NCBI GenBank assembly: GCA_037441285.1
Contig: JBBISL010000028.1
Span: 1-19,749 of the forward strand
DNA length: 19,749 bases
Direction of reading: 5' to 3'
Source of the DNA: a candidate division WOR-3 bacterium
GTDB taxonomy: Bacteria; Hydrothermota; Tepidihabitantia; Tepidihabitantales; Tepidihabitantaceae
Each line of letters starts with the position of its first letter. The stretch's first letter is position 1. The notes beneath the pieces are model-generated. The model searched no databases. It saw only the letters and a list, made by a program, of their open reading frames with translations, and had not been told where the DNA came from. Positions 15,763 through 19,749 of this stretch are shown in pieces. The translations under genes were made by a program, and so were the position numbers.

Positions 15763-17382
15763 ATGATGCCCAATACCCACCCTCGCTTATACGCCCAACG
15801 GCAAAAGGTAAAAAATAGATGCTCTACTTGTGGGCAACTGTTTGAAGGACTCATTGGAGAGCATATCCGTTCCCAACACGGTGAGGAAGATTTCAAACAG
15901 GCAGTAATAAGAGCAAAAGAAGGGGGAATTCCTGACCAGGAAATTGGAGCAGTATTTGGGATTAATTTCAAACAACTTCAGGAGATTATAACCGAGAAAT
16001 ACGGCGCGAACATTTCGGTTCTTAAAAAAACAAAAAGATTAACACATTGGGAACCAAAAAATTTTAGAGAAGAAACCACGACCGTCTGGAGTTATAAGCA
16101 AAGGGGTAATTGGGCTACCCATAATGGAAGGTATCGCGGTAATTGGTCCCCTTACATTCCACGGAATGTAATATTGAAATATTCTCAGCCCGGCGATGTT
16201 GTCTTGGATTATTTTGTCGGTGGCGGCACCACCGCCGTAGAGGCAAAATTGCTGGGCAGAAGGTGTATCGCGCGGGACATCAACCCGGCTTGTGTAAGTC
16301 TAACATTGGAGAATTTAAGATTTTTGCCCCCGCGGTCATTGTTTTCTTACCCAATATACGAACCTGAGGTAGAAGTTGGCGATGCACGAGATTTATCTAA
16401 TATCTCGGACAATAGCATTGACTTAATCTGTGCCCATCCTCCCTATGCCGGAATCATCAATTACAGTTCCAATCTTGATGGCGACCTGTCAAACCTCGGC
16501 GTAAAAGATTTCTTAAACGAGATGCAAAAGGTGGCAAGCGAAAGTTACCGCGTTCTTAAGCCCGGGAAAAAATGCGCAATACTTATTGGAGACACCCGTA
16601 AGCACAAACATATTGTTCCCATTGGATTCCAAACAATCAATATCTTTTTAGAGGCGGGTTTCAAACTGAAGGAGTTGGTGATTAAACGCCAGCATAACTG
16701 CAAAACCACTGGGTTCTGGTATAAAAAAAGTATAAAATATAACTTTCTTCTTCTGGCTCATGAATATCTGCCGATTTTCGAAAAGCCTGAACCGACAACC
16801 TGTTTAACAAGAGAAGACACCTTTGGTTATAGTAATGTTATTCCGACAATAGAAAGACCCATCGTTAAAAAGGTAACTGAACTTGAAACCACAACCATAT
16901 GGGTCTTCCCGGAAAAAGGGTTTGAAGAACGACTGAACAAAAATGTAGTTGAGCGCTATGCGGCGGGAAATGGATATTCAACCATTGTCTTCAACCATCA
17001 TTTCAGAAACAAGGCAATCACTCACAAGGATAGCGGGAAAAGGAACTTGGGGTTGCTTTTTGTTAAGTCGCCATTCCTAAAAGGCGAACCTTCCCGTGCG
17101 GACCTTGACTATTATTTAAGCGCAATAAGCGCGGTTGTAAAGCAGAATTTGCCAAATATCAACCCGGGCGGATTTATAGTTATTCAAACTCAGGACACAA
17201 GAATAAACGGATATCTAGAACCCCTTGCTAAAAGAATAGTGGATACCTTATCATTCGATAATCTTTTGCTTAAGGAAATTGTTGTGGCGACACAAGAAGG
17301 AGCAAATTCGGGCGCTCAAAACTCTGGGGGAGATTTAATAATAGCCCATCAGTATCTTCTTGTGTATGAAAAGAAAAAATGA
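15763..17382 (+). CDS. DNA amino-methyltransferase (N4C/N6A type) with N-terminal Zn-finger/HTH-like region and degenerate second MTase domain (539 aa)
   Basis: SAM motif VLDYFVGGGTT followed by catalytic-type HPPY and RVLKPG; N-terminal CSTC..HIRSQH and IPDQEIGAVFGIN; C-terminal third repeats the MTase scaffold without these motifs. Confidence 0.9.
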   Translation: MMPNTHPRLYAQRQKVKNRCSTCGQLFEGLIGEHIRSQHGEEDFKQAVIRAKEGGIPDQEIGAVFGINFKQLQEIITEKYGANISVLKKTKRLTHWEPKNFREETTTVWSYKQRGNWATHNGRYRGNWSPYIPRNVILKYSQPGDVVLDYFVGGGTTAVEAKLLGRRCIARDINPACVSLTLENLRFLPPRSLFSYPIYEPEVEVGDARDLSNISDNSIDLICAHPPYAGIINYSSNLDGDLSNLGVKDFLNEMQKVASESYRVLKPGKKCAILIGDTRKHKHIVPIGFQTINIFLEAGFKLKELVIKRQHNCKTTGFWYKKSIKYNFLLLAHEYLPIFEKPEPTTCLTREDTFGYSNVIPTIERPIVKKVTELETTTIWVFPEKGFEERLNKNVVERYAAGNGYSTIVFNHHFRNKAITHKDSGKRNLGLLFVKSPFLKGEPSRADLDYYLSAISAVVKQNLPNINPGGFIVIQTQDTRINGYLEPLAKRIVDTLSFDNLLLKEIVVATQEGANSGAQNSGGDLIIAHQYLLVYEKKK

Positions 17383-17938
17383 AAAAAACCCATTTAACCT
17401 ATTAAAAGCGACCTTCTATTACTTCCTATCTTCATACAAAATATGGCAAGTCCGCCGAGTTCCAAAAGATGACCTTGTTTACACGACTAAGAGAAATGTC
17501 CAAATTGGTGTTTATCCGGGCAGAAAACCCGAATCACCATACGATTTTATTGTGAAATTTCGGGAACCAAACAAACGAGAGCGCACCCCTGCCCACATCC
17601 ACCTGATTGTTGAAATGTATGTCAAACATGCCCATAATCCCTCATTAACCTTAAAATTGAAGGAACACATCTTAACAATGCTCAGAGAGATAAAACCGGT
17701 AAATTCATTTCCACCGACGCTTCAGTTTTTCAAACCCGAACACAGCGAACCGTTTAAAGATTTAGACACGGTTGGTGAATTCACCGTAGAGTTTTTACTC
17801 GTCGTCACAGAACTTATGGCGATACAGGAGAAAACAAACTATCCCGAAGGTTCATTAACAGAAAGCCTGTACAAAGATTTTGGGGTTAAAGACCGCTTTT
17901 CGGTAATTCAAAAGGCGGTATTAAAAAGGCTAAGGTAG
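17366..17938 (+). CDS. Uncharacterised protein overlapping the MTase stop; candidate cognate restriction/partner protein
   Basis: Long open frame in AT-rich DNA overlapping the MTase 3' end; protein-like core GVYPGRKPESPYDFIVKFREPNKRERTPAHIH...GEFTVEFLL..ELMAIQEKTNYP. Start is uncertain. Confidence 0.7.
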   Translation: MKRKNEKNPFNLLKATFYYFLSSYKIWQVRRVPKDDLVYTTKRNVQIGVYPGRKPESPYDFIVKFREPNKRERTPAHIHLIVEMYVKHAHNPSLTLKLKEHILTMLREIKPVNSFPPTLQFFKPEHSEPFKDLDTVGEFTVEFLLVVTELMAIQEKTNYPEGSLTESLYKDFGVKDRFSVIQKAVLKRLR

Positions 17939-17960
17939 GTATGGGAAATACCTATCCCCT

Positions 17961-18010
17961 GCGCTAAACAGCGGATATAATGCCGCTCGATGCAACCAAT
18001 TTGTATATCT
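17961..18010 (+). repeat. Decayed attC-like site
   Basis: GCGCTAAACAGCGGATATA (17961-17979) matches the left arm of the 19407-19425 element at 15/19 positions; complementary TATATC remains within 18001-18010; no R' GTT box. Confidence 0.5.
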
Positions 18011-18025
18011 TCAACAGGAGGAGAA

Positions 18026-18916
18026 ATGAGCACTAAATTGGATAGGTTTGAAGAAGATTTTCTGGATTTGTTCCAGAAAGTAAATGTTCCTTGTGCCACC
18101 AACTGCGTTTCTTTTACCAATCAACCGCGCGTAAATGTTATCAAGCAACTCTTGACCGATAGTGACTATGACCTCTTGAGCGAGCAAAAGTTAAGTTTGA
18201 TTTATCAACATAAAAAATACGAGAAAGAAAAACCGGCGTTCCTCATCTCGGCGCACATTGATGCCCTTTACAATAATTATCATTGGGATAGTTTGAACGA
18301 AGAAGAAATACTTGGGACTTTTGACAACAGCCTGTGCAACGCGCTACTGCTTTATAAGATGATTAATAACGAACTGCCTTACAATGTGCTTGTAGCCTTC
18401 ACCGGAGGGGAAGAATACGAGGATAATGAAGGCGCCAATCAAGCCGTCAGGTATTTGCGTAACGGATATAATATCGATTTGGTCGTTGTATTAGATGTGA
18501 CAGGTGAAGGTTACGATGAAAGTCCTTTTACAATTGAAAACTTCTTTTTGAATACACTTAAACAGGGGAATTCATCAATCTTTGGAGGGTACTTAATAGA
18601 AAAGGTGTCAAAGAAATTTGCCGGTGTTAAACTGGTTGACAATGCGGACCCTGACGAATCCTGGAAGTACAATGAATTGGGTTTAAATTGTTTCTCTTTT
18701 TGCTTTCCAACACGACCACACCCGATAAACGCAAACCGTGAGATTTCGGAATGGATGCACGACGACTGGGGAATAATAATTAAAAGAAAAAACTTAAAAC
18801 TTTATTCAGACGGGCTTTCTTTGCTTTTAGAGGAGCTCAACAAAGACTTACCCCGTTTTTTAAGATTTGAGCATTTAGAGCATACTACAAATGATACGAT
18901 ACATCAACAACATTAA
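18026..18916 (+). CDS. Zn-dependent exopeptidase-fold protein (M28/M42-like)
   Basis: ISAHID, GTFDNS, FTGGEE, VLDVT and late MH metal-ligand motifs; AGGAGG RBS supports ATG 18026 rather than 17990; no signal peptide. Confidence 0.82.
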   Translation: MSTKLDRFEEDFLDLFQKVNVPCATNCVSFTNQPRVNVIKQLLTDSDYDLLSEQKLSLIYQHKKYEKEKPAFLISAHIDALYNNYHWDSLNEEEILGTFDNSLCNALLLYKMINNELPYNVLVAFTGGEEYEDNEGANQAVRYLRNGYNIDLVVVLDVTGEGYDESPFTIENFFLNTLKQGNSSIFGGYLIEKVSKKFAGVKLVDNADPDESWKYNELGLNCFSFCFPTRPHPINANREISEWMHDDWGIIIKRKNLKLYSDGLSLLLEELNKDLPRFLRFEHLEHTTNDTIHQQH

Positions 18917-18917
18917 C

Positions 18918-19529
18918 ATGGACAAGGATATATTAGGATTGGCTGCTGAGTATGCTGTTGCGAGTGAACTCTGTAGAAGGAATATCTACGCTCAATTAAC
19001 ACTGGGTTTACGAAGACGCACTGATATTTTAGTTGAGACCGAAAGGGGAATGTTAAGAATTCAAGTTAAAGGCAAGCAAGGGAAAGTATGGCCAGGATGT
19101 AAAGGGATATATGGGTCGGACATAGTTCTCGTTTTTGTGGATTTCGAGAACAAAGGGGAAAATGAAAGACCGGATTTCTATGTTCTCACTGTTAAAGATT
19201 GGGAAGCATTAATAAACGAACATCTGATATCTAAGGGTTTAGTTAAAAATGGTCATGTAACAATAGATGAAAAAAACATGCCTACCTGGAAAGAGGGGTA
19301 TCAGGGAATGGCAGTTAAACCAGATATGATTAAAGAATATATGGAACAATGGGATAAAATATTAAAAAGGTGGGACCTCAGAATGCTACAAACTGAGCAC
19401 GAAACGGCGCCTAACGGCGGACATACGGTTCGGGCGTACGCCCTCACCCAAATGCTTGGCTTTGCCTCGCACTTCGTATGTCCGCAAGCCGTTAAGGAGA
19501 GGCTCCAACTCGGCAGTGCTGACCGCTGA
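18918..19529 (+). CDS. PD-(D/E)XK-superfamily nuclease-like protein; C-terminal tail reads through the attC-like site
   Basis: GLAAEYAVASEL helix, TDILV strand and IQVK motif; ATG lies 1 nt after the peptidase stop. Confidence 0.8.
   Translation: MDKDILGLAAEYAVASELCRRNIYAQLTLGLRRRTDILVETERGMLRIQVKGKQGKVWPGCKGIYGSDIVLVFVDFENKGENERPDFYVLTVKDWEALINEHLISKGLVKNGHVTIDEKNMPTWKEGYQGMAVKPDMIKEYMEQWDKILKRWDLRMLQTEHETAPNGGHTVRAYALTQMLGFASHFVCPQAVKERLQLGSADR
19409..19497 (+). mobile_element. attC-like gene-cassette recombination site (89 bp)
   Basis: R''-like GCCTAAC (19409-19415) and R'-like GTTAAGG (19491-19497); perfect 11-bp arms GCGGACATACG (19417-19427) / CGTATGTCCGC (19475-19485); internal hairpin GGGCGTACGCCC. 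Confidence 0.75.
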
Positions 19530-19603
19530 GGACAGAAAAAGTTGCGGCTGGCATTTTCTTGAGGTAGCAAAGTCTTTGAGCCGGGTAAAAGTGCCAAGAA
19601 TCT

Positions 19604-19749
19604 TTACATATTCAGTTTCACTATCGCAGCGTTGAGAATTGTAGCAAAGGTGACCCAGCCGATGAAGGGCAAGAGCAGGACACCGGCAGGAACGGAAATC
19701 CGGAAGAATAGAATGATGGTAAAAAGAATCGCCAGCCAGAGGATGACAA
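19604..19749 (-). CDS. tspO: TspO/MBR family tryptophan-rich sensory protein, C-terminal part (5' end outside window)
   Basis: Manual translation VILWLAILFTIILFFRISVPAGVLLLPFIGWVTFATILNAAIVKLNM* matches the TspO C-terminal 'LLLPY..WV.FA..LN' helix. Confidence 0.88.
   Translation of the reverse strand, partial: VILWLAILFTIILFFRISVPAGVLLLPFIGWVTFATILNAAIVKLNM

Noticed and set aside
15763..17382. Reading the MTase as a Trm11-like tRNA methyltransferase
   Set aside because: It has no THUMP domain, and the island context with nuclease-like neighbours favours a DNA MTase, although the substrate is not proven.
18860..18917. Possible third attC remnant between the peptidase and nuclease (CATTAAC, GAGCAT direct repeat)
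   Set aside because: There are no complementary arms or GTT box, and no match to the 19409 element.
19301..19597. 98-aa minus-strand ORF
   Set aside because: It is antisense to the nuclease and attC-like hairpin and has no recognisable features.

Overview
Bacterial chromosomal window with no rRNA, tRNA or CRISPR array seen. The gene content (several secreted proteins with T9SS/FlgD-like C-terminal sorting domains, lipoproteins, an Asp-box propeller) resembles FCB-associated anaerobes such as candidate phylum WOR-3; this taxonomy is inference only. From left to right: a partial beta-propeller repeat gene, a lipoprotein and a sorting-domain protein. Next is a minus-strand operon of rpmA, an MBL hydrolase, a split class I fumarase (alpha/beta) and a soluble fumarate-reductase-like Fe-S + flavoprotein pair, preceded by a gene remnant. 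Then come a GT-C glycosyltransferase, an Asp-box propeller, a beta-barrel-like protein, a non-coding degenerate 12-bp-periodic array with an adjacent dyad, a metallophosphoesterase and a PKD/FN3 lipoprotein. An AT-richer island (~15.7-19.5 kb) holds an unusual DNA methyltransferase (Zn-finger/HTH + intact MTase domain + degenerate second MTase copy), a coupled unknown protein, an M28-like peptidase and a PD-(D/E)XK nuclease. The island is punctuated by one intact and one decayed attC-like site, with no integrase in view. A partial tspO closes the window. GATC is almost absent from the whole window.
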